A stretch of DNA of 64,000 nucleotides from Macrostomum lignano (Eukaryota), in the NCBI GenBank assembly GCA_002269645.1, contig NIVC01000996.1:1-64000 (forward strand), read 5' to 3'. Within the stretch, counting starts at the first letter, position 1, and every line of letters begins with the position of its first letter. The notes under the pieces were generated by a model. The model was not told the origin of the DNA. It saw nothing but the letters and a program-made list of their open reading frames with translations, and searched no databases. Both the position numbers and the translations under genes were made by a program. This document shows, in pieces, positions 12,382 through 25,400 of the stretch.

Positions 12382-13590
12382 CAATCAGTCAGAGAAGAGA
12401 GTAAAGAGAAGAATGAAAAGAGAAGAGAGATGAGATGATAGAAAACAGAGTAGAAATGAGTGGAGAGATTAGACATGACAGATGGGAGACTTAGCTGCAG
12501 GGCTGTCCCGGGGGGACACAGCGGGAAGGCGCGAACGCCCATTCCGCTAAACAGATGGGAGAGAAGAGGGGAGTAAGGACGGAACAAAGGAGGGAGAAGA
12601 GAAAAGGAGATAGGAGATGAGAGGGGAGATATGAGATAACAGAGGGAGACAAGAGAGATGATAGGATAGAGAATAGATGAGGGATAAGAGCGTACAGAGG
12701 AAATAGAAGAGAGGGGAAAGTAGAGGAGAAAGAAAGAGTGAGATGAAGGATGAGAGATGAGAGAGGAGGGGAGAGAGAAGAGAGGAGAAAAGAGGGGAGG
12801 AAGGAGACAGGAGAGAGTAGAGACGAAAGATCAGGGAGAAGATATAAATAAGGTAGTAGAGATGAGAGGAGAGAGAGGAGAGAGAAGCGAGAGGAGAAGA
12901 GAGAGAGGAGAGAGGAGAGAGATGAAAGATCAGAGATGAGAGAGTTAAGAGAGGAAAGTAGGGAGGAGAGGAGGGATGAGAGATGCGATGAGAAGAGATG
13001 AGTGAGGACATAACAGAGAAGAGATTAGAGATTAGAGAAGAGAGGGGAGAAGATGAAAGGAGCAAGGAGAGGAGAGAAGAGAGGGGAGAAGATGAAAGGA
13101 GCAAGGAGAGGAGAGAAGAGAGGGGAGAAGATGAAAGGAGAAAGGAGAGGAGAGAAGAGAGAATGGAGAGGATAGAAAAGAGAGAAGAGAAGAGACAGGG
13201 GATAGTGGAAAGGAGGAAAGAAGGATGGGAGACAAGAAAGTAGAGTGTGAGAGCGTATATGAGATATGAAAAATGAGAGCAGAGAGGAGAGAAAAGAGAA
13301 GAGAGAGAGGGTTAAGAGAGACGATAGACAAGTGAGTAGAGATGACATGAGAGAGAAGAGAAGAGGAAGAGATAAGAGCGAAGAGAAGATACAGGAGACA
13401 GAAGTGAAGAGGAGAGATATGAGAGAAGAGAGGAGACAAGAGACAGGAGAAGGTACAGACGAAAGACAAGAGAGAAGAGATAAATAAGGAGTAGGGGTAG
13501 AGATGAGATGAGAGAGAGGAGAGAGAAGAGAGTCACGATAATAGCAAAGAGAGGAGAGAGGAGATATCAGAGACGTGAGAGTCTTTGAGC
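12382..13590. repeat. Polypurine (GA-rich) low-complexity tract in unit 2
   Basis: GA-rich, paralogous to 10064-10940, with internal short duplications (gagaagagaggggagaagatgaaagga x3). Confidence 0.9.
12490..12550. mobile_element. 61-bp insertion with 12-bp target-site duplication; truncated copy of the element at 56653
   Basis: ACAGATGGGAGA at 12478-12489 and 12551-12562. The paralogous empty site at ~10161 has a single copy. The insert matches 56653-56712. Confidence 0.85.
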
Positions 13591-13741
13591 CATGGTCTTT
13601 GAAAGGTTTTGTAAAGAATTTGGAGACGATTGGGAAAATAGGGTTCAAGAAATGCAATTTCAGTTGATGGATATTTCAGGGAATGGAATTCCGGTGATGG
13701 GAGTTCTTCCCCTTTCTCCTCCGAAGGAGGAGTTCCACTCG

Positions 13742-14974
13742 TTAATACTAAAACTGGTGCGTTGTTTGTCTGTGTGTGTGTGTGTTTGTTGGATAACTCC
13801 TCCTAGAATACTTGCAAGTCAGCGTTGAAACTTATATGGGAAAACTGCAAATTTTCCGAGGATGGCTTTAGGCTATTTTAATCTTTCATTTTCAATTTTT
13901 AAGATCCCTAAAAAAGCAGAAAATGGCGGTCTTGACCTTTGATAATCTTAATTGTCCCCTCTTTCTGCTTGGAGCTGAAAATTTGCATCAATTTTAGTGA
14001 TTGCGCCATAAAATTTTTCTATCTTGGCAGTGTATTTTCTCTCAAGTGGGGGGATGGTCGCGTTCTCAGTGGCTGCGTGTGTACACTTGAACCCTGGCTC
14101 ACTGACTGACTTTATAGACAATTGCGCAACTATTTGTGTTCTGTTTTTTAACAGGAAGCCCTGTGTATTTTTTGCACAGTGAAATTCAGTGCATTTTAAT
14201 GCATAAACTTGCGAGCATCTTTAGCAGGCAGTGAACGTACACTCGATATTTCAATGCTTAAAATCAGAAAGTTTCAAACACTAACTGTTGCTCGAGTTTT
14301 GAACTTAGAGAGGAGAGACTTATATTGCTGGAAAGATCTTGCTGCAATGAGTTCGGGGATATAAGTTTTTTGCTTTAAATATGAAAATTTAATTCACAGC
14401 ATTCAAGAAAAGATTTTCATACTTTTAGCTTTCTGCAAAGATTGTGCTCATTTTGGAGTTCAATGGGGGTTCGACCGACCCCCAATAGTTGGTGAAGGGG
14501 GTTCAATTTCTAGCTGCACTGCATATTGGAAGGGGGGTCGGTTGCTGTGTATTTGAGGGTTGATTTAGATTGCGCAATCTTTTTGTTAACTTTAACTGAG
14601 GCTGATACTGACTGCCTGAGAAATAAGTTGCGCAATTTAATTGGTTCAATGTTTTTACGGCGCCTTTCAACACGCAGCTGTGTGTAGCTCTAACCCTAAC
14701 CCTAACCCTAACCAATGAATTCTGAGAGCTGGGCTGTTTGACGTAGAAATTTCGATTTAGTCCAGTTTCACGGAGAGGATTTCTATTTCGCGGAGTATAT
14801 TTCGATGGTGTTCAGTTTCACGGAGAGGATTTCGATAGTGTTCAGTTTCACGGAGACGATTTCTGTTGCGCGGAGAGGTGTTGGAAAATGGGATTCCGCT
14901 GATGGAGTTCAGGGAATGGAATTCCGCTGATTGGAGTTCTTCCCCTTTCTTCTCCGAAGGAGGAGTTGGCCTCG
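13742..14974 (+). mobile_element. Family-B non-autonomous Helitron unit 3 (~1.23 kb basic unit)
   Basis: Starts TTAATACTAAAACTGG; (CTAACC)4 near 14690; ends GGAGGAGttggcCTCG. Confidence 0.75.
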
Positions 14975-15385
14975 TCTCCTAATACTAAAGTTGGTGCGAT
15001 GATTGTTTGTTTGTTTGTCTGTTTGTTTGTGTGTTGCATAACTCCTCCTAGAATACTTGCAAGTCAGCGTTGAAACTTATATGGGGAAACTGCAAATTTT
15101 CCGGGGACTGCAGTGGGCTATTTCAATTTTTTATTTTCACATTTTAAGATCCCTAAAAAAGCAGAAAACTGATTTCCTAACCTTCTCTGGACACTTTTTC
15201 TGCTCGGAGCCGAAAATTTGCATGATTTTGAGCGATTGCGCCACAACTTTCTCCTATCTCTGTAGTGTATTTTCTCTCCAGTGGGGGGATGGTCGCGTTC
15301 TCAGTGGCGGCGTGTGTACACTTTTATCTTGGCGCACGGGCTGACTGACTATAGAAAATTGCGCAACGATGTTCTGATCAGAAAA

Positions 15386-18300
15386 TCCTATATACTAAAA
15401 ATGAAAATCTTGCTTGCTTGCTTGCTTGCTTGTAATCGATTAGAGAAAAAATGGCTTAACCGATTTTCATGAGACTTGCACTGTTTGATCAGAAATTTTC
15501 CCGTGACGGTACATGCATCTTGGCTAAGAAATTGCTCCATGTTAAAGCGATTAAATATTCGAAAAACATGCTTTTTTGCAAAGGTCAAGCAAACTTTTCG
15601 ACTTGAAATGCATTGTAAGAATGCTAGAGAAAAAACTGACTGGTTGAATTCTGATTCTGAAATAGATTGCATCATAACTGAATTGTAACTCTGACTTGAA
15701 TTGAAAATGCAGTGTGGAAGCGTAGCACCAGACTTGATTTAAATTGCGTAACCATATTGTTAACTGATACTGACTGACTGAGAAATTGATTATGTCATAA
15801 CTGCCTCGTGTGATTTACTCCATGCTTGGAGTTTTGAAACTTATAATTATAAGTGCTAAAATTCATATTATCAAAACGATGAGAGCTAGCCTAGAGGTAA
15901 ACAGACTGACTGCTAAATGCAGGGACGATGGTTCGAATTTTGAGAGAGTGGAATTTTTTTAATTAAAGCTTTTTAACACCAAGAAGAAAACTAAAAAATC
16001 ATAGAAGCGTCATGTAAAAAATCATAGAAGCGTCATGTAAAAATCATAGAAGCGTCATGTAAAAAATCATAGAAGCGTCATGTAAAAAATCATGGAAGCG
16101 TCATGAAAAAATCATAGGAGCGTCATGAAAAAATCATAGAAGCATCATGTAAAAATCATAGAAGCGTCCTGCAGAAATCGTAGAAGCATCATGTAAACAA
16201 TCATAGAAGCGTCATGTAAAAAGCATGGAAGCGTCATGTAAAAAATCATGGAAGCGTCATGTAAAAATCATAGTAGCGTCATGTAAAAATCATAGAAGCG
16301 TCATGAAAAAAACATAGGAGCGTCATGAAAAAATCATAGAAACGTCATGTAAAAATCATAGAAGCGTCATGTAAAAATCATAGAATCGTCATATAAAAAG
16401 CATAGAAGCGTCATGTAAACAATCATAGAAGCGTCATATAAAAAGCATAGAAGCGTCATATAAACAATCACAGAAGCGTCATGAAAAAATCATGGAAGCG
16501 TCATGTAAAAATCATAGAAGTGTCATGTAAAAAATCATGGAAGCGTCATGAAAAAATCATAGAAGCATCATGTAAAAATCATAGAAGCGTCCTGCAGAAA
16601 TCGTAGAAGCATCATGTAAACAATCATAGAAGCGTCATGTAAACAATCATCGAAGCGTCATGAAATAATCATAGAAGCGTCATGTAAAAAGCATAGAAGC
16701 GTCATGTAAAAAATCATAGAAGCGTCATGTAAACAATCATAGAAGCGTCATGTAAAAAATCATAGAAGCGTCATGTAAACAATCATAGAAGCGTCATGTA
16801 AAAATCATAGAAGCGTCATGTAAACAATCATAGAAGCGTCATGCAAAAAATCATAGAAGCGTCATGTAAAAAATCATGGAAGCGTCATGTAAAAATCATA
16901 GAAGCGTCATGAAAAAATCATGGAAGCGTCATGTAAACAATCATAGAAGCGTCATGAAAAAATCATAGAAGCGTCATGAAAAAAAACCATGGAAGCGTCA
17001 TGTAAAAATCATAGAAGTGTCATGTAAAAAATCATAGAAGCGTCATGTAAAAAATCATAGAAGCGTCATGTAAAAATCATAGCAGCGTCATGTAAAAATC
17101 ATAGAAGCGTCATGTAAAAAATCATGGAAGCGTCATGTAAAAATCATAGTAGCGTCATGTAAAAAATCATAGAAGCGTCATGAAAAAAACATAGGAGCGT
17201 CATGAAAAAATCATAGAAGCGTCATGTAAAAATCATAGAAGCGTCATGTAAACAATCATAGAAGCGTCCTGCAGATATCGTAGAAGCGTCATGAAATTAT
17301 CATAGAAGCGTCATGTAAAAAGCATAGAAGCGTCATGTAAAAAATCATGGAAGCGTCATGTAAAAATCATAGTAGCGTCATGTAAAAATCATAGAAGCGT
17401 CATGAAAAAATCATAGAAGCGTCATGAAAAAAACATAAGAGCGTCATGAAAAAATCATAGAAACGTCATGTAAAAATCATAGAAGCGTCATGTAAAAATC
17501 ATAGAATCGTCATATAAAAAGCATAGAAGCGTCATGTAAACAATCATAGAAGCGTCATATAAAAAGCATAGAAGCGTCATATAAACAATCACAGAAGCGT
17601 CATGAAAAAATCATGGAAGCGTCATGTAAAAATCATAGAAGTGTCATGTAAAAAATCATGGAAGCGTCATGAAAAAATCATAGAAGCATCATGTAAAAAT
17701 CATAGAAGCGTCCTGCAGAAATCGTAGAAGCATCATGTAAACAATCATAGAAGCGTCATGTAAACAATCATCGAAGCGTCATGAAATAATCATAGAAGCG
17801 TCATGTAAAAAGCATACAAGCGTCATGTAAAAAATCATAGAAGCGTCATGTAAACAATCATAGAAACGTCATGTAAAAAATCATAGAAGCGTCATGTAAA
17901 CAATCATAGAAGCGTCATGTAAAAAATCATAGAAGCGTCATGTAAACAATCATAGAAGCGTCATGCAAAAAATCATAGAAGTGTCATGTAAAAAATCATG
18001 GAAGCGTCATGTAAAAATCATAGAAGCGTCATGAAAAAATCATGGAAGCGTCATGTAAACAATCATAGAAGCGTCATGAAAAAATCATAGAAGCGTCATG
18101 AAAAAAAACCATGGAAGCGTCATGTAAAAATCATAGAAGTGTCATGTAAAAAATCATAGAAGCGTCATGTAAAAAATCATAGAAGCGTCATGTAAAAATC
18201 ATAGAAGCGTCATGTAAAAATCATAGAAGCGTCATGTAAAAAATCATGGAAGCGTCATGTAAAAATCATAGTAGCGTCATGTAAAAAATCATAGAAGCGT

Positions 18301-20169
18301 CATGAAAAAAACATAGGAGCGTCATGAAAAAATCATAGAAGCGTCATGTAAAAATCATAGAAGCGTCATGTAAACAATCATAGAAGCGTCCTGCAGATAT
18401 TGTAGAAGCGTCATGAAAAAATCATAGAAGCATCATGTAAAAATCATAGAAGCGTCCTGCAGAAATCGTAGAAGCATCATGTAAGCAATCATAGAAGCGT
18501 CATGTAAACAATCATCGAAGCGTCATGTAAAAAGCATAGAAGCGTCATGTAAAAAATCATGGAAGCGTCATGTAAAAATCATAGTAGCGTCATGTAAAAA
18601 TCATAGAAGCGTCATGAAAAAATCATAGAAGCGTCATGAAAAAAACATAGGAGCGTCATGAAAAAATCATAGAAACGTCATGTAAAAATCATAGAAGCGT
18701 CATGAAATAATCATAGAAGCGTCATATAAAAAGCATAGAAGTGTCATGTAAAAAATCATGGAAGCGTCATGAAACAATCATAGAAGCGTCATGAAAAAAT
18801 CATAGGAGCGTCATGAAAAAATCATAGAAGCATCATGTAAAAATCATAGAAGCGTCCTGCAGAAATCGTAGAAGCATCATGTAAACAATCATAGAAGCTT
18901 CATGTAAACAATCATCGAAGCGTCATGAAATAATCATAGAAGCGTCATGTAAAAAGCATAGAAGCGTCATGTAAAAAGCATAGAAGCGTCATGTAAACAA
19001 TCATAGAAGCGTCATGAAAAAATCATAGAAGCCTCATTTAAAAACTAATGAAAGCGTCATTTAAAAAATTAAGAAGCATCATGGAAGAATAAAAGAAGTG
19101 TAATGTAAAAATCAAAAGAAGCGTCATGTCAGACATGAAGGATGTCATGTAAAAATGAAATGCAGCTATAATGCTGTGCTGGGAAGAAAAACTGAGACGT
19201 AAAGGCTCTCAGAGAATAACTGAGATTACGAGGGGGGGGTGTTTCTGGATCTCAAAGCAAAAGTCAGAAGCTACTTCAAAGTTCATGTACTTTACTCAAT
19301 TTTTTATTGCATTCTTTGTTGGCTCGCCATGGGGGGGTGCTGATAGAAGAAGAGTCATGTAAAAAATAAAAGTAGCACTATGTATACATAAAAGACAAGT
19401 CATGTCGAAGTTAAAAGATTCATTTGGGAATTGCTACGATGTCAAAGCTTGGTGGAAATCGTTATAGTGCTGTGATTCTTAAAGAAGGAATCACTAAAAT
19501 GTCAAGGCTTAGGGGAGAAGAATTGCTGAGATTTCAAGGCTTTAGGTTGGGTTAAAGTTAGGTTTAGGTCAGGTGTGGGTTGAGGGTTATATTTTATCGG
19601 GTTTCAAGGTTAACAGTGGATTTTTAGATTTCAAGGTTTATGGGGGCCATCGCTGACATGTCAAGGCTTACGGACGGGGGGGAATAGCTGAGATGTCAAG
19701 GCTCACGGGGTATAAATGAGATTTCAAGGCTAAAGTCAGAAGCTACATGTAGTTTATTGAAAACTTTTTATTACATTATTTGATGCCTCCTCAGGCGAGG
19801 GATCGCTGATAAAAAAAGCGTTATGTAAAAAATAAAAGAAGCTTATCGCTATAATGCTGTAGTAGTGCTATAATGACTCTTAGAGAGAATTACTGAAATT
19901 TCAATGCTTTAGGGTTAGGTTAGGGTTAGGGTTAGGGTTAGGGTTAGAAGGTTGACAGATATTTTTAGATTTCCAAGGCTTATTGGGGGCATTGCTGAGA
20001 TGTCAAGGGGGGAAGTTGATATGTTAAAGCTGGGGGGGGGAATTACTGACATGTCAAGGCTTACAAGGTTTGACAGGAGATTTTTTAAGATTTCAAGGAT
20101 GCATGTAGCTTATTAAAAAAACGTGTATAGCATTTCTTTGGCTCCCCAACGGGGGGCGTAGATTGCTAG
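15386..20169 (+). mobile_element. Family-A non-autonomous Helitron A1 carrying a satellite array
   Basis: A|TCCTATATACTAAAAATG at the 5' end; 3' CTCCCCaacGGGGGGcgtagattgCTAG|T. These are canonical Helitron termini in an AT site. Confidence 0.85.
15993..19040. repeat. Tandem satellite, 21-23 bp unit aaaaatcatagaagcgtcatgt
   Basis: About 3 kb of uninterrupted near-identical monomers with no spacers. Confidence 0.97.
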
Positions 20170-20993
20170 TATGTTCTGATTTTCAATAGGCAGCCCTGTG
20201 TATTTGTTGGACAGTAATTCAGTAAATTCAATGAATAAACTTGCGAGCATCTTTAGCACGCACTGAACGTAAACTCAATGCTTTAAATCGGGAAATTTCA
20301 AACGTTTACTGTTCCTCGAGTTTTTAACTTTGAGAGGAGAGACTTATATTGCTGGAAAGATCTTTCAATGCTGATTTCGGGGATATAAATTGTTTGCTTT
20401 AAATATGAAAACTAAATGCTCTGCATTGGAAAAACTATTTCCATACTTTTAACTTTTTGCAAAGATTGTACTCATTTTAGGAGTTCAATGGTGTTCGACT
20501 GACCCCCAACAGTTGGGGGTTCAATTTCTAATTGCCACTGCGTATTGGAAGGGGGTCGGTCGCTGTGTATTGGAGGGTTGATTTAGATTGCGCAATATTT
20601 TTGTTAACTTTAACTGAGACTGATACTGACTGACTTAGAAATACGAGCGTAAATTGCGAAATCTTTTGATTCAAATATCTCATTTTTTATCGGACCTTTT
20701 CAACACGCAGCTCTGTGCAGCTCCAACCCTAACCCTAACCCTAACCACCGAATCCTGAGAGTTTAGTTGTTTGACGGAGAAACTTTCGATTGGGTCCAGT
20801 TTCACGTAGAGGATTTTTGTTTCGCGGAGAGGATTTCGATCGTGTTCAGTTTCACAGAGAGGATTTTGATGGATTTGGAGAACAGTTAGATAATGGGATT
20901 CGGGTCTTGGGATTCAGCTGATGGAGTTCAGGGAATGGAATTCCGGTGATGGGAGTTCTTCCCCTTTCTCCTCCAGAGGAGGAGTTGGCCTCG

Positions 20994-22306
20994 TCCTAAT
21001 ACTAAAGTTGGTGCGATGATTGTTTGTTTGTTTGTTTGTTTGTCTGTTTGTTTGTGTGTTGCATAACTCCTCCTAGAATACTTGCAAGTCAGCGTTGAAA
21101 CTTATATGGGTAAACTGCAAATTTTCCGGGGACTGCAGTGGGCCATTTTAATTTTTTATTTTCACATTTTAAGATCCCTAAAAAAGCAGAAAACTGAAAT
21201 CTTGACCTTTGATAATCTTATTCGTCCCCTCTTTCTGCTCGGAGCTGATAAAATGCATCAATTTTGATTGCTTGCGCCATAACTTTCTCCTATCTCGCCA
21301 GTGCATTTCTCTCCAGTTGGGGGATGGGGCGTTCTAAGTGGCTGCGTGTGTACAATTGGACCCTGGCTCACTGGCGCACTGTATAGATGATTGCGCAATG
21401 ATTTGGCTACTGTTAAGTTGTTCTGCCTTTCAATATGAAGCCTGTGTATTGTAGGACAGTTAAATTCATTGCATAACCTGCGAGTCGCTTTAACAGGCGG
21501 TGAGCGTACACTCGATATTTCAATGCTTTAAATCGGAAAGTTGTAAACGTTAACTGCTCCTCGAGTTCTAAACTTTAAGAGAAGAGACTTATATTGCCGG
21601 AAAGAGCTTGCAACACTGAGTTTGGAGGTATAAGTTGTTTGCTTTAAATATGAAAACAAAAAGGACAGCGTTCAAAAACTATTTCCAAACTTTTAACTTT
21701 CTGCAAAGATTGCACTTAGTTTCGCGAGACGTAATAGATAAAGTTGGGGGAGGGTTCAACTTCTTACTGCCACTGTGTATTGGAGGGTTGATTTAGATTG
21801 CGCAATCATTTTGTTAACTTTACCTGAGCCTGATACTGACTAAATGAGAAATCGGTTGCGCAATAAATTGATTCAATTAATTCAATATTCTTATCGGCGC
21901 CTTTCAACCCGCAGCTCTGTGCAGCTCTAACCCTAACCCTAACCACTGATGGCACTGAACCCTGAGAGTTGAGTTCTTTTTTACGGAGAAAATTTCGATT
22001 CAGTCCAGTTTAATGGAGAGAATTTCTGTTTCGCGGAGACGATTTTGATGGATGTCAGTTTCACGGAGAGGATTTCCATGGAGTCCAGTTTCACGGAGAG
22101 GATTTCTATTTCTCGGAGGGGATTTTGATGAATGTCAGTTTCACGGAGAGGTGTTTGATGGAGTTCTCTTTTACGGAGAGGATTTCGATGATGTTCAGTT
22201 TCGCGGAGAGGAGTTGGATGATGGGTTTCATGGAATGGCATTTCAGGGAATGGAGTTCCGGTGATGGGAATTCTTCCCCTTTCTCCTCCAGAGGAGGAGT
22301 TGGCCT
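20994..22306 (+). mobile_element. Family-B non-autonomous Helitron unit 5
   Basis: Starts TCCTAATACTAAAG; ends CTCCTCCagaGGAGGAGttggcCT (clipped). Confidence 0.72.
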
Positions 22307-22879
22307 TCCAATATACTAAAAATCCTATATACTAAAAATGAGTTGTCTGTGGGTATGCGATAGATTTCAGAAAAATTGGCTCAACCGATTTTCTTCAAAC
22401 TTGCACCATTCGATCAGAAATTTTCCTGGGAAATTGCTCAATGTTAAAGGGATTAAATATTCGAAAAACATGCTTTTTTGCAAAGGTCACGCAAAATTTT
22501 CGACTTGAGATGCATTGTAAGAATGCTAGAGAAAAAACTGACTGACTGAATTCCGATTGTGATAAAGATTGCATCACAACAAGTAGAAAACAGTGCCGAA
22601 GAAATGCACACACGACATGATTTAGATTGCGTAACCATATTGCTAACTTGAAGTGAGACTGATACTGGCTGACTGAGAAATTGATTATGTCATAACTTTT
22701 TACTCCAATTGACTTGCTGTAAGAATTGAATTATAAGGGCCACAATTCATGTTCTCCAATTGAAAAGAGATAGCCCTGATGCGAACAGACTGGAATGCTA
22801 ATATAGCGACCTGGGTTCGAATCTTAGTAGTGCAAAAAGATTTTTTTATTAAAACACCTTAAAAACACAACAAAACTGC

Positions 22880-24760
22880 TAAACATCAAAGAAGCGCAAT
22901 GTCAAACATAGAAGAGCCAACATATCGAACATAAAAGAGTTACCATGTCAAACATAGAAGAGCCACCATGTCAAACATAAAAGACCCACCATGTCAAACA
23001 TAAAAGAGCCACCATTTCGAACATTAAAGAGCCACCATTTCGAACATTAACGAGCCACCATTTTGAACATTAAAGAGCCACCATGTCAAACAATTAGGAG
23101 CCACCATGTCAAACATTAAAGAGCCACCATGTCGAACATAAAAGAGCCACCATGTCGAACATAAAAGAGCCACCATGTCAAACATATATGTGACTTTATG
23201 TCAAACATTAAAGAGCCACCATGTCGAACGTTAAAGTGCCACCATGTGTAACATAAAAGAGCTACATCATGAAGAACATTAAAGAGCCACCATGTTAAAC
23301 ATAAATCTGGCATGATGTCAAACATTAAAGTGCCACCATATCGAACATTAAAGAGCCACCATGTCAAACATAAAAGAGCAACCATGTCGAACATTAAAGA
23401 GCCAGCATGTCAAACATTAAAGAGCAACCATGACAAACATTAAAGAGCCACCATGTCAAACATTAAAGAGCCACCATGTCAAAAATTAAAGAGCCACTAC
23501 GTCAAACATTAAAGAGCCACCATGTCGAACATTAAAGAGCCACTATGTCAAACATTAAAGAGCCATCATGTCAAACATTAAAGAGCCACCACGTCAAACA
23601 TTAAAGAGCCACTATGTCAAACATTAAAGAGCCATCATGTCAAACATTAAAGAGCCACCACGTCAAACATTAAAGAGCCACCATGTCGAACATAAAAGAG
23701 CCACCATGTGAAACATACACGTGACTCAATCTCAAACAGTAAAGAGCCACTATGTCAAACATAAAAGAACTACCATGTCAGACATAAAAGAGCCACCATG
23801 TCAAATTTACAAAAGCCATCATGTCAAACATAAAACAGCCACATATACGTGACTTAATGTCAAACCTTAAGGAGCCACCATGTCAAACATTAAAGAGCCA
23901 CCATGTCGAACATTAAAGAGCCACCATGTAAAATACAAAAGAGCTACCATGTAAAATATAAAAGAGCCATCATGTCAAACGTGTACGTGACTCAATGTCA
24001 AACATTAAAGAGCCACCATGTCGAACATTAAAGAGCCACCATGTCAAACATAAAAGAGTCACCATGCCAAACATAAAAGAGCCACCATTTTAAACATATA
24101 CGTGACTCCATGTCAAACATTAAAGCGCCATCATGTCAAACGTATACGTGACTCAATGTCAAACATTAAAGAGCCAAATGTCAAACAACTTAGCCACCAT
24201 GTCAAACAAAGAAGAGACACCATGTCAAACATAAAAGAGCCACCATGGCGAACATTAAAGAGCCACCATGTCAAACATAGAAGAGACACCATGTCAAACA
24301 TAAAGAGCCACCATGTAAAATATAAAAGAGCTACCATGTAAAATATAAAAGGGCCATCATGTCAAACATTTACGTGACTCAATGTCAAACATTAAAGAGC
24401 CACCATGTCGAACATTAAAGAGCCACCATGTTAAACATAAAAGAGCCACCATGCCAAACATAAAAGAGCCACCATGTCAAACATATACGTGACTCCATGT
24501 CAAACATTAAAGCGCCATCATGTCAAACATATATGTGACTGCATGTCAAACATAAAAGAGCCACCATGTCAAACAACTAAGCCACCATGTCAAACAAAGA
24601 AGAGACACCATGTCAAACATAGAAGAGCCATCATGTCAAACATAACAGAGACAACATTTCAAACGTAAAAGGGCCGCCATGGTAAACATAGAAGAGCCAC
24701 TATGTCAACATTAAAGAGCCACCTTTTTAAACATAAAAGAGACACCGTTTCAAACATAAA
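22880..24760. repeat. Tandem satellite, ~22-23 bp unit aaacattaaagagccaccatgtc
   Basis: About 1.9 kb of monomers. Confidence 0.95.
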
Positions 24761-24829
24761 AGAAGTTTCATGCCAAACAAAATTTAGCCACTATAAATCT
24801 AAGGAAATTGTTGCACTAGCTACTTTCTC

Positions 24830-25400
24830 TGGTGGATGCTTGCTATTTAAGGATGGATACTTGCTATCAAGGGATGCTTGCTATCGGAAGGATGCTTGCT
24901 ACTGGGGTAACTTGCTATTGGGAGATGCTTGCTCTTGGGGGGTGGAGGGTACTTGCTATCTAAGAGGGGGCTGCTAGATATCTATAAGGTCTCTTTGTAT
25001 CCAGGTTAATGCTTGCTATCCGGGGTTGCTTGCGGTCTGGGGGATGCTTGCTATCTGGGGGATGCTTGCTATCAGGGGTTGCTTGCAGTCTGGGGGATGC
25101 TTACTATCTGGGGTCTGGGGGATGCTTGCTATCTGGGGGATGCTTGCTATCTGGGGGATGCTTGCTATCTGAGGGATGCTTGCTATCTGGGGTTGCTTGC
25201 TATCGGGGAGATGCTTGCTATCTGGGGGATGCTTGCTATCTGGGGTTGCTTGCTATCGGGGAGATGCTTGCTATCTGGGGGATGCTTGCTATCTGGGGTT
25301 GCTTGCTATCGGGGAGATGCTTGCTATCTGGGGGATGCTTGCAGTCTGGAGGATTTCGCTATTTGGGGATCGATGCTTGAATGCTTTCTGAGGATGCTTG
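24830..25400. repeat. Tandem minisatellite, ~18 bp unit ggggatgcttgctatctg
   Basis: Direct inspection. Confidence 0.92.

Larger units (their letters stand above)
11123..13741 (+). mobile_element. Family-B non-autonomous Helitron unit 2 (with GA-rich cargo)
   Basis: Starts TCTCTCTCTATATATACTAAAG; (CTAACC)6 at 12057-12092; ends CTCCTCCgaaGGAGGAGttccaCTCG. Confidence 0.75.
14975..20993 (+). mobile_element. Family-B unit 4, interrupted by the family-A element 15386-20169
   Basis: Starts TCTCCTAATACTAAAG. Family-B modules stop at 15385 and resume at 20170. Ends hairpin+CTCG. Net length ~1235 bp, like unit 3. Confidence 0.75.

Noticed and set aside
10064-13657. Long Leu/Ser-rich minus-strand and Glu/Arg-rich plus-strand ORFs
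   Set aside because: By-products of stop-poor GA/CT low-complexity tracts; no domain features.
15369-20180. ATGTTCTGAT on both sides of Helitron A1 as a TSD
   Set aside because: The left copy is 7 nt away from the TC terminus, and Helitrons do not normally make TSDs; it may be a local repair duplication.
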